A stretch of 64,000 nt of DNA from Gemmatimonadaceae bacterium (GCA_035606695.1 DATNEW010000035.1:52487-116486), one strand, 5' to 3'; positions 17,533 to 29,367 are shown, numbered from the stretch's first letter. Notes: generated by a model not told the origin, from the letters alone. Numbers and translations are program-made.

Positions 17533-18827
17533 GAGGCGTTGAGTTCCCGTTGTCCTTCGGCGAAGCCGTCGTGTTGTCGCGGCGATTCATCCCCGTCTTC
17601 CGCGAACCGGGCGCGCAGGCGCGCCGTCAGCGTGGGGCCGAGGTAAATGTCCGCCACCGTATCGTCGAATACCAGTTCCCGAACTGTCCCGGACACCTTC
17701 ACCTGTCCGTCGAACATGATGTACGCGCGATCGACGATGTCCAAGGTCTGCTCGACGTTGTGATCGGAGATCAACACGCCGATGCCGCGGTGGCGCAGGT
17801 TGCCGACGATCTGTTGAATGTCGTGGACCGCGATCGGATCGACGCCCGCGAAGGGCTCGTCCAACATCATGAACTTCGGTTGGGTGACCAGCGCCCGCGT
17901 GATCTCGAGACGACGGCGTTCGCCGCCCGACAGCATGAGGGCCTTGCTGTTACGAAGGTGCTTGATGCTCAACTCGTCCAGCAGCGTTTCCAACCGGGCC
18001 CGCCGTTCGCTCGCCGACACATCCAGCGTTTCGAGGATCGCCAGGATGTTGTCTTCGACCGACAGTTTGCGAAAGATCGAGGGTTCCTGTGAAAGGTACC
18101 CGATCCCCTGACGCGCCCGCTTGTACATCGGCATCGAGGTAATGTCGATGCCGTCCATCACGATCCGCCCGGCCTGCGGTTCGATGAGCCCGACGATCAT
18201 GTAAAACGTCGTCGTCTTGCCCGCGCCATTCGGGCCCAGCAGTCCGACTATCTCTCCCTGTTGCAATCGAAGGGCCACGTCGTTGACGACCCGGCGCCGC
18301 CTGTAAGTCTTGACCAGGCCTTTCGCTTCGAGGACGCTCGCGCCGATCGCCGGTTCGCGGGTCGCGGCCGAGGCCGGCGCCGTTCCATCGCCGGGCGGGA
18401 TGGCCCCCGGATGCTCGCCGGTGTGCTGCAGCGCCAGCGAAATCGCTTCACGCGACGCGCTGATCTCGCTCCAGATCCGGTCGGCCATCCGAATGCGCGC
18501 GCCCGTGTCGATCGGGGTCCCCGGCAATACGATCACGCCCTCGGCTGCCAGACGCGGCAGTACCGATCGCGCCAGATGCTGCCGGACCTCGTCGAGGCTC
18601 AGTCGCCCCGCCTCACGCTCGGCGTCGCGTCCAGTGGCCCGCAGCGCGGCCAGATAATCGTCTCGGTAGACGATCACCGCCCGATCGAAATCCGCGACAC
18701 CGCTCGGGTCGGCAGAGCTGATCAACGCGTGCAGCGCGAGCGCCGTGGAGCGATCGCCGCGCGCGATCTGATCGACGAGCGTGCGAACTCTCGAGGTATC
18801 TCTCGAGGTATCTGACGGCCCGGTCAC
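17529..18827 (-). CDS. lptB: LPS export ABC transporter ATP-binding protein LptB, with a possible N-terminal extension of about 164 aa
   Basis: Core from about 18335 downward: Walker A GPNGAGKTT, signature LSGGERRRLEITRAL, Walker B MLDEPFAGVDP. GTG 18827 forms a GTGA overlap with the lptA-like stop. An alternative ATG at 18488 would give 319 aa. The upstream frame has normal, non-shadow amino-acid composition. Confidence 0.85.
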   Translation of the reverse strand: MTGPSDTSRDTSRVRTLVDQIARGDRSTALALHALISSADPSGVADFDRAVIVYRDDYLAALRATGRDAEREAGRLSLDEVRQHLARSVLPRLAAEGVIVLPGTPIDTGARIRMADRIWSEISASREAISLALQHTGEHPGAIPPGDGTAPASAATREPAIGASVLEAKGLVKTYRRRRVVNDVALRLQQGEIVGLLGPNGAGKTTTFYMIVGLIEPQAGRIVMDGIDITSMPMYKRARQGIGYLSQEPSIFRKLSVEDNILAILETLDVSASERRARLETLLDELSIKHLRNSKALMLSGGERRRLEITRALVTQPKFMMLDEPFAGVDPIAVHDIQQIVGNLRHRGIGVLISDHNVEQTLDIVDRAYIMFDGQVKVSGTVRELVFDDTVADIYLGPTLTARLRARFAEDGDESPRQHDGFAEGQRELNAS

Positions 18828-20239
18828 GGATGGAGGGGTGGCTTGGTTGGAACAGGCACCACGGACGGCACGCTCGGTTTCGCGGGAGTGGGAGTCTTGT
18901 TGGCCGGCGCGGTGTTGCCGCGCCCTTTTTTCTGCGTCGAGTCGGGGACCGGCTCGATATAGATCCCCGAAACGGAATCGACCGTCGTCACTCTCGCAAG
19001 CTTGTGCAGCGTGTCGAAGTTTACGGTGATGATGCGGGCGTTGACGTGATTGATCGCCGGCAGCTTCAGCGAACTGTCGGATGCCGCCAGATGGTAATAC
19101 GAGCTGGCATTCCCGGAGGCCACGAGCTGCTTGATCGCCGGATTGCGCGAGGTGTCCTTGGGCGTTCGCGTCGAGTCGAAGTGCGCGACGATCGTATCGC
19201 CGACGAGCCAGTCGGTGCTGTCGCCCTTCTCGACATGGAATTTCGTCGTGTCCGCCTTGCTCGTGGCGTAGGCTCGCCGCAGCGCGCGCACGAGTTGGAT
19301 GCGCTGCCCCGGCATGGTCACGTCGAGCGAGTCCGCGAGCAAATTCTGACTCGGTGAGACGACCTGGGCGCGGTTCTTCCCGCCCCACGCATATGCATGG
19401 TCGAGCAAGTCGTTTCGAACGCGCAAGTCGATCGTGTCCGAGGCCAGCGTCATCGAATCGCTGATCGCTTTCGCGTTGGCCTGCGAGAGCACGCGATAGA
19501 GATGACGATCGCGCGAGAACAGGTCGATCAGATCGCCGCTCAGCGTGAACGGACGGTCCTTCTTTCCCTTCACCATGGGATTGCGCATCAATCGCATGGT
19601 TTCCTTCGGTTCGTTGATGAACGCCGAGTCCGCCGTGGCATTGATGTCGGTGCGATTGATGACGACCTGACCGCCGCCGTAAATCAAACTTGCGCTGTCG
19701 CCGTCGACGAAGACGTTGTTCGCGGTGACCTTCGTCGAGTCGGGTGGACGGCCCGCCGAATCTTTCTGGATGATCGTGATGGTGGGCCGCGCGATGGCGC
19801 TCATCTGCGCACGCGGACGAATCTTCGGCACCGCGCGACGATACTCGGCCTGCGGACCGTCGAGCGTCGAACCGCTCGGCAGCCTGGCGTGCACACGTCC
19901 TGCGCCGACGACTTTCTCGTCGTTCGGAAAATAGTTGAGATAATCCGCCGTCACGTGGAACCGCGGCTCGTCGTACACGGCGTGGCCGATCATCTGATAA
20001 TGATCCGGAAACTGCTCGGCGCTGTCGCCGGTGAGCTTGATGCCGCGGCTCGGACACAACACGGTGACACCGCCGCTCGCGAAGCTCACCTGGCCAATAC
20101 CGATCAGCGAGTCCGTACGCGCCGGACCGACCGACTCGAAGGTGCATCGCGTCTTTGGTGTCTGGGCACCGGCCGGCGCCGCGAAGAGCGCCAGGCTGAC
20201 GCCGACGACCGCCGTGGCGAATGCGAGGACGCGACTCAT
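18824..20239 (-). CDS. OstA/LptA-like periplasmic protein, unusually long (471 aa), Pro-rich C-terminal tail
   Basis: ATG 20239 (ATGA overlap with the lptC-like stop). Signal peptide MSRVLAFATAVVGVSLALFAAPAGAQ. Beta-rich repeats in lptC-lptA-lptB synteny. The tail is TPTPAKPSVPSVVPVPTKPPLHP. Confidence 0.6.
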   Translation of the reverse strand: MSRVLAFATAVVGVSLALFAAPAGAQTPKTRCTFESVGPARTDSLIGIGQVSFASGGVTVLCPSRGIKLTGDSAEQFPDHYQMIGHAVYDEPRFHVTADYLNYFPNDEKVVGAGRVHARLPSGSTLDGPQAEYRRAVPKIRPRAQMSAIARPTITIIQKDSAGRPPDSTKVTANNVFVDGDSASLIYGGGQVVINRTDINATADSAFINEPKETMRLMRNPMVKGKKDRPFTLSGDLIDLFSRDRHLYRVLSQANAKAISDSMTLASDTIDLRVRNDLLDHAYAWGGKNRAQVVSPSQNLLADSLDVTMPGQRIQLVRALRRAYATSKADTTKFHVEKGDSTDWLVGDTIVAHFDSTRTPKDTSRNPAIKQLVASGNASSYYHLAASDSSLKLPAINHVNARIITVNFDTLHKLARVTTVDSVSGIYIEPVPDSTQKKGRGNTAPANKTPTPAKPSVPSVVPVPTKPPLHP

Positions 20240-20799
20240 TTCTCGGGCAGCAGAATAGACGTCGAGCCGCCGCACGCCTTCATGCACTGAAAGCGCGAGA
20301 ACGTCTCGTTCGACGTGAAGCCGATGCCGTGCTGCGAGTCTGCGCCACGATAGATGGTGTAGGTGGTGTCGCTCGAGATCTGGTGCGACATCTGATTGTA
20401 GATCACGTGCGGCGACTTGAGCATGCGGCCATCGACGAGCTTGACGACGACGTCGCCCCAGCCCTCGAGCAGCTGCGTGCGCGTGTTGTAGACGCCGCGC
20501 TTGGCGTCCATGGTCCCCTGCGGCGCTCCGGTTTCGGTCGTGAACTTCGCGTGCGCGTTGCGCAGGTCGAATCGCGTTTGTTCGTTCATTACGTACGCCG
20601 TATCGGCCGTGACTTCACCACGCTGAATACCGCGCGTCGTTAGCGCCGAGTGCATGGTGATGAAGACCTGGTCGGCGCTGTCGGCCGCCGAGGGACCAGC
20701 GGCGACGGGCGGCTGACTGCGCTGGCTACATGCGGCGAGCGCGACGACGAGAGTCGTTGCAACACGCGCGACGGTCTTCGTTCCGATTGACGCGCGCAT
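20236..20799 (-). CDS. LptC-like lipoprotein
   Basis: 187 aa with lipobox VVALAACSQ. Positioned between kdsD and the lptA-like gene, as in the canonical kdsD-kdsC-lptC-lptA-lptB cluster. Confidence 0.55.
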   Translation of the reverse strand: MRASIGTKTVARVATTLVVALAACSQRSQPPVAAGPSAADSADQVFITMHSALTTRGIQRGEVTADTAYVMNEQTRFDLRNAHAKFTTETGAPQGTMDAKRGVYNTRTQLLEGWGDVVVKLVDGRMLKSPHVIYNQMSHQISSDTTYTIYRGADSQHGIGFTSNETFSRFQCMKACGGSTSILLPEK

Positions 20800-21764
20800 C
20801 AGACGACCCTCGCGCGCATCAGATCGTGGAGGTGCACCACACCCACCAAACGCTCGGCGTCATCTACGACGGGAAAGGCCATGAGGCCGTGCTGCTCCAT
20901 GCGGTACGCCACGGCGCTGGCGAGCTCGCCCGCGTGCGCGATCTTTGGATTCTTGGTCATGACGGTTCGAACTGGTGTCGGCAGGAGATCGCCGCCCCGT
21001 TCGATCATGCGGCTGAGATCGCCCGCCGTCAGCACACCTTCCACGTGCCGCTCACCATCGACGACCACGGCAATGCCGCGGCGCTTCGCGATCATCACGA
21101 TCGCGTCGCGCATCGTCGCCTCTTCAGGCAGCACGGGCAGGTTCTGTCGCAGCATGATCTCCTCGACTCGCACGACGAGTTTTCTGCCGAGTGCGCCGCC
21201 CGGATGAATGCGGGCGAAGTCCTCGCGCTGAAAGCCCTTCTCCTGGAGCAGCGCCACGGCGAGCGCGTCACCCATCACGAGCGCAGCGGTGGTGCTGGTC
21301 GTCGGTGCCAGGTCGTGCGGGCAGGCCTCTTCCCGCACCCCGGCATCCAGGGTCACGTCGCAGTTGTTCCCGAGCGCCGACGTCGGCGCTCCGGTAATGG
21401 CGATGCTTCGTACACCGAACCCCTTCAAATGCGCCAACAGGGCCAGGACCTCGTCCGATTCGCCGCTTTTCGAGATCAAGATCGCGACGTCGTCCGCCCC
21501 GACGATCCCCAGATCGCCATGCGCGCTATCCACGGGATGGAGAAACGTCGCCGGCGTACCGGTGGAGGTGAGCGTCGCGGCGATCTTCCGTCCGATCAGC
21601 CCGGACTTGCCGACGCCACACACAATGACACGCCCGCGCGATTGCGCGATGAGCTTGACCGCGCGCGCGAACTCGTCGCCCAGGCGCTGCTCGAGCGCGC
21701 CGATGGCCTCGCGCTCCAGCTGAATCACGCGGCGTCCGCGGTCGACGATGGCGGCGTCGCTCAC
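20799..21764 (-). CDS. kdsD: Arabinose-5-phosphate isomerase (KpsF/GutQ/KdsD family)
   Basis: SIS domain (VCGVGKSGLIGRKIA) plus a C-terminal CBS pair. GTG 21764 forms a GTGA overlap with the kdsC stop and gives 321 aa. Confidence 0.85.
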   Translation of the reverse strand: MSDAAIVDRGRRVIQLEREAIGALEQRLGDEFARAVKLIAQSRGRVIVCGVGKSGLIGRKIAATLTSTGTPATFLHPVDSAHGDLGIVGADDVAILISKSGESDEVLALLAHLKGFGVRSIAITGAPTSALGNNCDVTLDAGVREEACPHDLAPTTSTTAALVMGDALAVALLQEKGFQREDFARIHPGGALGRKLVVRVEEIMLRQNLPVLPEEATMRDAIVMIAKRRGIAVVVDGERHVEGVLTAGDLSRMIERGGDLLPTPVRTVMTKNPKIAHAGELASAVAYRMEQHGLMAFPVVDDAERLVGVVHLHDLMRARVV

Positions 21765-22330
21765 GCGCTGTCCTCGGCGGCGCGTGGTTTCGAGCGAGCA
21801 TCGACGTACGCATTCCAGGCCATGTCCCATTCACCGCGGATCTTCAGAAAATCCTCAGCGAACTCTCGCACGGCGCCGCGTCCGCCGTGGCGCGTGAGCT
21901 GATGGGTGCAAATCGCGCGCACTTCAGGAACCGCGTTTCCGACCGCCACCGGCAAGCCGACGATTCGCAGCAGCGAAACGTCAGGAAAATCGTCGCCGAC
22001 GAACGCGACCTCGGACGGCGTCACGCCGTGCTTGTCCAGAATGCGCTGAAATCCGGCGAGCTTGTGGCCGTCGGGGTCCTGCGCCACATCGTCGACCGAG
22101 AGCTCGATTCCCCTAAGCCGCACGCTCTCGGAGACGCGACCGGTGACGATCGCGACTTTCACGTTTGCGAGCTTGAGCATCACGATCCCCAAGCCGTCCT
22201 GAATCTCGTAGCGCTTGAACTCGAGGCGGCGTCCGTCGACGTCGCCGAGGTAGATACCGCCGTCGGTCATCACGCCGTCGACGTCGAAGGCGACGAGCTT
22301 GATCGATTTGGCCAATGCGGCCTCGATCAT
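21761..22330 (-). CDS. kdsC: KDO 8-phosphate phosphatase (HAD superfamily)
   Basis: FDVDGVMTDGG HAD motif I and GDDFPD motif. ATG 22330 forms an ATGA overlap with the kdsA stop. Confidence 0.85.
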   Translation of the reverse strand: MIEAALAKSIKLVAFDVDGVMTDGGIYLGDVDGRRLEFKRYEIQDGLGIVMLKLANVKVAIVTGRVSESVRLRGIELSVDDVAQDPDGHKLAGFQRILDKHGVTPSEVAFVGDDFPDVSLLRIVGLPVAVGNAVPEVRAICTHQLTRHGGRGAVREFAEDFLKIRGEWDMAWNAYVDARSKPRAAEDSA

Positions 22331-23139
22331 CGCGACACCAGGTCCCACACATCGACGGCGCGTTTGACGAGATCGTCGAGCCGGTCGAGCGGCATCATGT
22401 TCGGGCCGTCGCTCGGCGCGTTATCCGGGTCCGGATGCGTCTCCATGAACAACCCATTCGCGCCGGCGCCAATCGCCGCCAAGGTCAGCGGTGGAATGAA
22501 CTCACGCGCGCCGCCGCTCGAGCCGCCCTGCCCTTTACCGGGCTGCTGCACACTATGGGTTGCATCGAAGATGACGGGGGCATCGCCGGCGTCACGCATG
22601 CGGTTGAAGGCGCGCATGTCGACGACGAGATCGCCGTAGCCGAAGAACGAGCCGCGTTCCGTGAGAGCGATCTCGCTCGCACCGGCCTTCTTCGTCTTGG
22701 TCACGGCGCCCTTCATGCCTTCGGGGTGCATCCACTGGCCTTTCTTGATGTTCACAGCTTTTCCCGTCGCACCGGCGGCAACGAGCAAGTCCGTCTGCCG
22801 GCACAGAAACGCGGGAATCTGTAGGACGTCCACGACGCCGGCGGTCGCGGCGCATTGCTCCGGCAAATGCACGTCCGTCAGCAGCGGCAAACCGGTCTTC
22901 TCGCGCACGCGCGCGAGCTTCGCGAGACCTTCATCGAGTCCGGGACCGCGATGCGCGCCCGCGGTCGAGCGATTCGCCTTGTCGAAGCTTGCCTTGAAAA
23001 TGATACCGCCCGGCACGGCGTCGGCCAGCCGGGCGAGATGTTCGGCGACGCGCAGATTCAGCGCGTCATCCTCGAGCACACACGGGCCCGCGATCAGGAA
23101 GAGGGCGTCTCGTCGGAAGTGCGGAGCGTGCGAAGCCAC
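22327..23139 (-). CDS. kdsA: 3-deoxy-8-phosphooctulonate synthase
   Basis: 270 aa with IAGPCVLE, KASFDKANRS and DATHSVQ motifs. Confidence 0.92.
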   Translation of the reverse strand: MASHAPHFRRDALFLIAGPCVLEDDALNLRVAEHLARLADAVPGGIIFKASFDKANRSTAGAHRGPGLDEGLAKLARVREKTGLPLLTDVHLPEQCAATAGVVDVLQIPAFLCRQTDLLVAAGATGKAVNIKKGQWMHPEGMKGAVTKTKKAGASEIALTERGSFFGYGDLVVDMRAFNRMRDAGDAPVIFDATHSVQQPGKGQGGSSGGAREFIPPLTLAAIGAGANGLFMETHPDPDNAPSDGPNMMPLDRLDDLVKRAVDVWDLVSR

Positions 23140-23140
23140 G

Positions 23141-25556
<2,416 letters not shown>

Positions 25557-25672
25557 TCGTGGCGCCCCCGCGCAATGGAGTCAGGGAACGCGCTCACGGC
25601 CGCAAAAATCACGTTCTGAAATGTAGTTCTGCCGGCGAGACGGCGCAAACAGTCGAGTTCGATCGCGCGCGA

Positions 25673-27178
25673 TCAGCGGCGGATCGACAAGCCGACGGAG
25701 AAATGTCCAAGGCGCGTGTCGGGGTCGACCAGGAACTCACCGTATAACGCGCTCAGGCTCAGGCGCAAGCCGACGCCTTGATGCAGGCGCGGCCACTCGT
25801 CCACCGTCGCGCCGGCGAGCACCTCGCGGACCGTGACGACGGGCGCGCCGACCATCGGAAGTTGGACGCGATCGATCGGAACGTTGTAGCGCGCGTCCAC
25901 GTAGACGAGCTCATTGCCGCCCAGCTCCAGCATCTCGAGTGTCGACAACGTGCCTTTGCCGCCGACGTACGCGAAGCGTTGTTCCGGCGTGTGATGAGTG
26001 GATACAACGCCGTGGCCCTCGAACCGCAGGCTCTGTGTGCCGAACGTCGGAAACTCGATCGCGCCGTCGAGGGTCGTTTGTGCGAACGTCCCTGTTCTCT
26101 CCAAACCGCAGCCGTTGCACTCGTCCCCAAAGTGTCCGATCTCTTCATCCGCGCGGAATCGTGCGACGATGTCGCCCGGCGTCCACGCGAGCGCGAGCCC
26201 GGCGAGCGCCGAGCCGCCTGACACGGGCGCGATTTCGGGGTTGGGACGCAGCGCATCATCCGTGTCGTGATGCCCATGAAATGTCCACGGAGCGCTCCCG
26301 GCGCCGTCGAGCGGCCTGACGGCGCGCGCCGACTCGTATCGGCCGCCGGCGTAGAACTCGAGCGTGGTCGTTCCGGCCTCAACGCGGTGGCCGATCGTCA
26401 GGTCGGCGCGTGTCGCGCGGAAGTAGTTCCGTGCATCGTGGCCCAGCAGCAGGAACTCGGTCGTGTTCACCGGGGCCGACCAGATCCACCCCTCGTTGCT
26501 GAAGGTGGCCTGGCCCGCCCAAAGTCGAACCGCCGTGTAGCGATTTAGAGAATCGTCAACCGTGATAGATGGATCGACGCGCCCGAGCTGCGACCGGTAC
26601 GTGAGCCGCGGCCGCAGGAAGACGGCATGCGCCCCAGGCGAAAAATCCAGTCCCACCGGCAGCGACAGGCCATTGGACCGGTCGTAGGACGGCAGCGCCA
26701 GACCGAACAATCCCGCGGCCGCAACCGCCGGGATCACGGGCTCATACGCCGCGCGATAGGAAAGCGCGTATCCGCCAGGCTCGGGTGCGATGTCGTATGT
26801 GAATTCTCGAAAGGCCACGTCCCCGCTCTGCGTGGCGAGCGCCGAGAGATAGACGCCCCCGCCGAACGCGATCAGGCGGCCCGTGACCGCGGCGCCGGGA
26901 TGCATGTACAGATCGCCCCCGATGACGACGACGTCGCCGCGCACTTGGCCCTCGACGACCGCGTCGCGGCCGAAGATGATCACAGAACTCGCATACACGT
27001 GGTCGCGGGCGAGAACCGCGCGATCGCTCGCCGGCGGCATGACGATGTGCGGCTTCGCCAGTTCGCGCGCGAGCAGCTCAGGGCCCGGACCGCGCCCGGC
27101 ATCCGCGACGCGAATCGTTTGTGCGCCGATCGCTCCGCCCCAAAGGCCCAAGGCGAGAGCGGCCGCGCGCCAAATCAC
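25673..27178 (-). CDS. Secreted protein of unknown function (N-terminal polymer-forming/bactofilin-like repeat, C-terminal beta-rich region)
   Basis: Signal peptide MIWRAAALALGLWGGAIGAQ. The segment VIIFGRDAVVEGQVRGDVVVIGGDLYMHPGAAVTGRLIAFGGGVY looks like a beta-helix repeat. The rest alternates beta-strand-like segments rich in G/Y/R. Confidence 0.55.
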   Translation of the reverse strand: MIWRAAALALGLWGGAIGAQTIRVADAGRGPGPELLARELAKPHIVMPPASDRAVLARDHVYASSVIIFGRDAVVEGQVRGDVVVIGGDLYMHPGAAVTGRLIAFGGGVYLSALATQSGDVAFREFTYDIAPEPGGYALSYRAAYEPVIPAVAAAGLFGLALPSYDRSNGLSLPVGLDFSPGAHAVFLRPRLTYRSQLGRVDPSITVDDSLNRYTAVRLWAGQATFSNEGWIWSAPVNTTEFLLLGHDARNYFRATRADLTIGHRVEAGTTTLEFYAGGRYESARAVRPLDGAGSAPWTFHGHHDTDDALRPNPEIAPVSGGSALAGLALAWTPGDIVARFRADEEIGHFGDECNGCGLERTGTFAQTTLDGAIEFPTFGTQSLRFEGHGVVSTHHTPEQRFAYVGGKGTLSTLEMLELGGNELVYVDARYNVPIDRVQLPMVGAPVVTVREVLAGATVDEWPRLHQGVGLRLSLSALYGEFLVDPDTRLGHFSVGLSIRR

Positions 27179-27750
27179 TTGGCGAGCTCCAGGAAATTCT
27201 TGAGTAGCGCCTTCCCGTCCGGCGTCATCACCGACTCCGGGTGAAACTGCACGCCGTACACCGGATGCTCGCGATGCTTCACCGCGTGCACTTCGGTCGG
27301 ATCATCCTTCGCGACCGCCACGATCTCGAGCACGTCGGGAATGCTTGCACGCTCGACCACCAGCGAGTGGTAGCGCATCACCTGCATCGGCGACGGCAGC
27401 CCCGCGAACACGCCGGTGCCGTCGTGCTCGATCTGCGACGTCTTGCCGTGCATCACGCGGTCGGCCAGCACCACTTCGCCGCCATACGCTTCGCCGATCG
27501 CCTGGTGACCGAGACATACGCCGAGGATCGGAATGCTGCTGCCCCAGCGCCGGATGACGTCGACGGTGATCCCCGCCTCTTTCGGCGTGCACGGGCCGGG
27601 CGACAAGACAATGGCCGACGGCGCGAGCGCACCGACGTCGTCCACCGAGATGGCGTCGTTGCGGCGCACCACGACGTCCGCGCCCAGCTCGCCCAGATAT
27701 TGGACGAGGTTGTAGGTGAAGGAATCGTAGTTGTCGATGACGAGGATCAT
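27175..27750 (-). CDS. Anthranilate/aminodeoxychorismate synthase glutamine amidotransferase component (TrpG/PabA)
   Basis: ORF trimmed to ATG 27750 (MILVIDNYDSFTYNLVQYL). Catalytic GVCLGHQAI and the HPES motif are present. Confidence 0.88.
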   Translation of the reverse strand: MILVIDNYDSFTYNLVQYLGELGADVVVRRNDAISVDDVGALAPSAIVLSPGPCTPKEAGITVDVIRRWGSSIPILGVCLGHQAIGEAYGGEVVLADRVMHGKTSQIEHDGTGVFAGLPSPMQVMRYHSLVVERASIPDVLEIVAVAKDDPTEVHAVKHREHPVYGVQFHPESVMTPDGKALLKNFLELAK

Positions 27751-27874
27751 GCGGTCGAAGATAACGGGCGGGCTCGTGATTCGCCGCGAAACGGAACGGT
27801 TGCAGGTGCGCCGCATCGAGCGCGCATCATGCCGGCATGTACCCTTGCCCACTCGGCGCCGAGGACCATATCGT

Positions 27875-28438
27875 ATGCACATGCCCAATCTCAAGCGGCA
27901 ATGGACGGCTGCCGAGCGCGACGAGCTGCCCGACGACGGCAATCGCTACGAGATCATCGATGGCGAGCTGTTCGTGACGCCGGCGCCGGCATTGAGGCAT
28001 CAGGAAGCGGCGTTGACGCTGTACCGCGCGCTCGCGGAGTATCTCGAGCGCAATCGAGTGGGCCACGCGTTCGCCGCACCGGCTGACATCGTTTTTTCTC
28101 CGCGACGCGCGGTTCAGCCCGACCTATTGGTCCTGCCGCTCTTCAACGGCCGCCGGCCCGAGCATTTCGACAACGTGCGGCGCTTGCTGCTTGCCGTCGA
28201 AGTCTTGTCGCCGAGCACCGCGCGAGCCGATCGCGTCGCCAAGCGTACGCTGTTCCGCGAGGAAGACGTTCCCGAATACTGGGTCGTCGACCTGGACGCG
28301 CGCACGTTCGAGCGGTCGACACCGTTCGAGCCGCGCGCCGAGGTTCTCGTCGAACGGCTGGAGTGGCTGCCGGAGGGTGCGTCTGAGCCGTTCGTGCTGG
28401 ATCTCGTCAAGTATTTCGAGAAGGTGCTGGACGCCTGA
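27875..28438 (+). CDS. Uma2-family (DUF820) putative PD-(D/E)xK endonuclease
   Basis: Trimmed to ATG 27875. Contains YEIIDGELFVTPAP..HQ, PDLLVL and AVEVLSPST motifs typical of Uma2 proteins. Confidence 0.7.
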   Translation: MHMPNLKRQWTAAERDELPDDGNRYEIIDGELFVTPAPALRHQEAALTLYRALAEYLERNRVGHAFAAPADIVFSPRRAVQPDLLVLPLFNGRRPEHFDNVRRLLLAVEVLSPSTARADRVAKRTLFREEDVPEYWVVDLDARTFERSTPFEPRAEVLVERLEWLPEGASEPFVLDLVKYFEKVLDA

Positions 28439-28458
28439 TGCCGCGCCTGCGCGGAGTA

Positions 28459-29367
28459 TCACCCGCGCGGATGATACTGTTTGTGCACCTTCCTCAAGTA
28501 TTCACGATCGACGTGCGTGTAGATCTGCGTCGTCGAGATGTCCGCGTGGCCGAGCATTTCCTGCACGGCGCGGAGGTCGGCGCCGCCCTCGAGCAGATGC
28601 GTCGCGAACGAGTGTCGAAGCGTGTGCGGTGACACCGCTTTCGTAATGCCCGCGCGCTCGACGTAGCGCCGCAAGATCTTCCACGCGCCCATGCGCGTCA
28701 GCGGCTCGCCGCGCGCATTGAGGAACAACACACCCTTGCCGCCGCCCTTCTCGAGCTTGGGACGCAGCTCGCGCGTGTACGTCGCCACGGCGCCGATGGC
28801 CGATCGGCCGATCGGCACCAACCGCTCCTTGCTGCCTTTGCCGAACACGCGCACCAACTTTTCCTCGAGCAGCACGTCGCGTACGCCGAGCGTGATCCAC
28901 TCGGACACGCGAAGGCCCGCCCCATACGCGAGCTCGAGCATCGCGCGATCGCGAAACGCGAGCGTGTCGTCGAGCGTCGGCGCGGCGAGGAGTCGTTCGA
29001 TCTCTTCCACGGTCAGCACATCGGGCAGCGTGCGCCAGCGCTTGGGAGTTTCGAGGCGCTCGCTCGGATCGCGCGCGACCGCGCCGTCAGCCAGGAGAAA
29101 GCGAAAGTAGGTTCGAACCGCTGAGATGTTTCGGCGGATCGACGCTGGAGATAGGCCGAGGTCCTTCAAGTGATAGATGAACTCGCGGAGCATGCGGCTC
29201 GTGACGTCGCCGGGCGTCGTGGCGCCCTTCACGCGCGCGTAGTCCGCGAGGCGCGAAACGTCGCGATGGTACGCCTCGACGGTGCGCGGCGACGTGCCCT
29301 GCTCCAGCGTCAGGTAGTCGCCGAAGCGGTCGAGTTGGAAGCGGAGTAACGCACCTCGATCAGACAT
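28459..29367 (-). CDS. xerD: Site-specific tyrosine recombinase XerD-like
   Basis: N-terminal SAM-like domain (FGDYLTLEQGTSPRTVEAYHRDV) and catalytic region HTLRHSFATHLLEGGADLRAVQEMLGHADISTTQIYTHV. The XerC versus XerD assignment is tentative. Confidence 0.8.
   Translation of the reverse strand: MSDRGALLRFQLDRFGDYLTLEQGTSPRTVEAYHRDVSRLADYARVKGATTPGDVTSRMLREFIYHLKDLGLSPASIRRNISAVRTYFRFLLADGAVARDPSERLETPKRWRTLPDVLTVEEIERLLAAPTLDDTLAFRDRAMLELAYGAGLRVSEWITLGVRDVLLEEKLVRVFGKGSKERLVPIGRSAIGAVATYTRELRPKLEKGGGKGVLFLNARGEPLTRMGAWKILRRYVERAGITKAVSPHTLRHSFATHLLEGGADLRAVQEMLGHADISTTQIYTHVDREYLRKVHKQYHPRG

Noticed and set aside
17529-20147. 872-aa ORF suggesting a giant LptB fusion
   Set aside because: Upstream of about 18827 the frame is Arg/Pro/His-rich shadow sequence that overlaps the well-formed lptA-like ORF in another frame. 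Only the part up to the GTG at 18827 is plausible.
25557-25672. Sigma-54 (-24 GG / -12 GC) promoter upstream of kdsB, and elsewhere in the window
   Set aside because: I scanned visually for TGGCAC-N5-TTGC-like motifs in the intergenic regions and found nothing convincing. A proper position-weight-matrix scan would be needed.
27875-29367. Uma2 endonuclease plus tyrosine recombinase as a small mobile or integrative element
   Set aside because: The recombinase has full XerC/XerD housekeeping architecture and the two genes are convergent. I see no flanking direct repeats or att-like duplication, no cargo genes and no compositional break.
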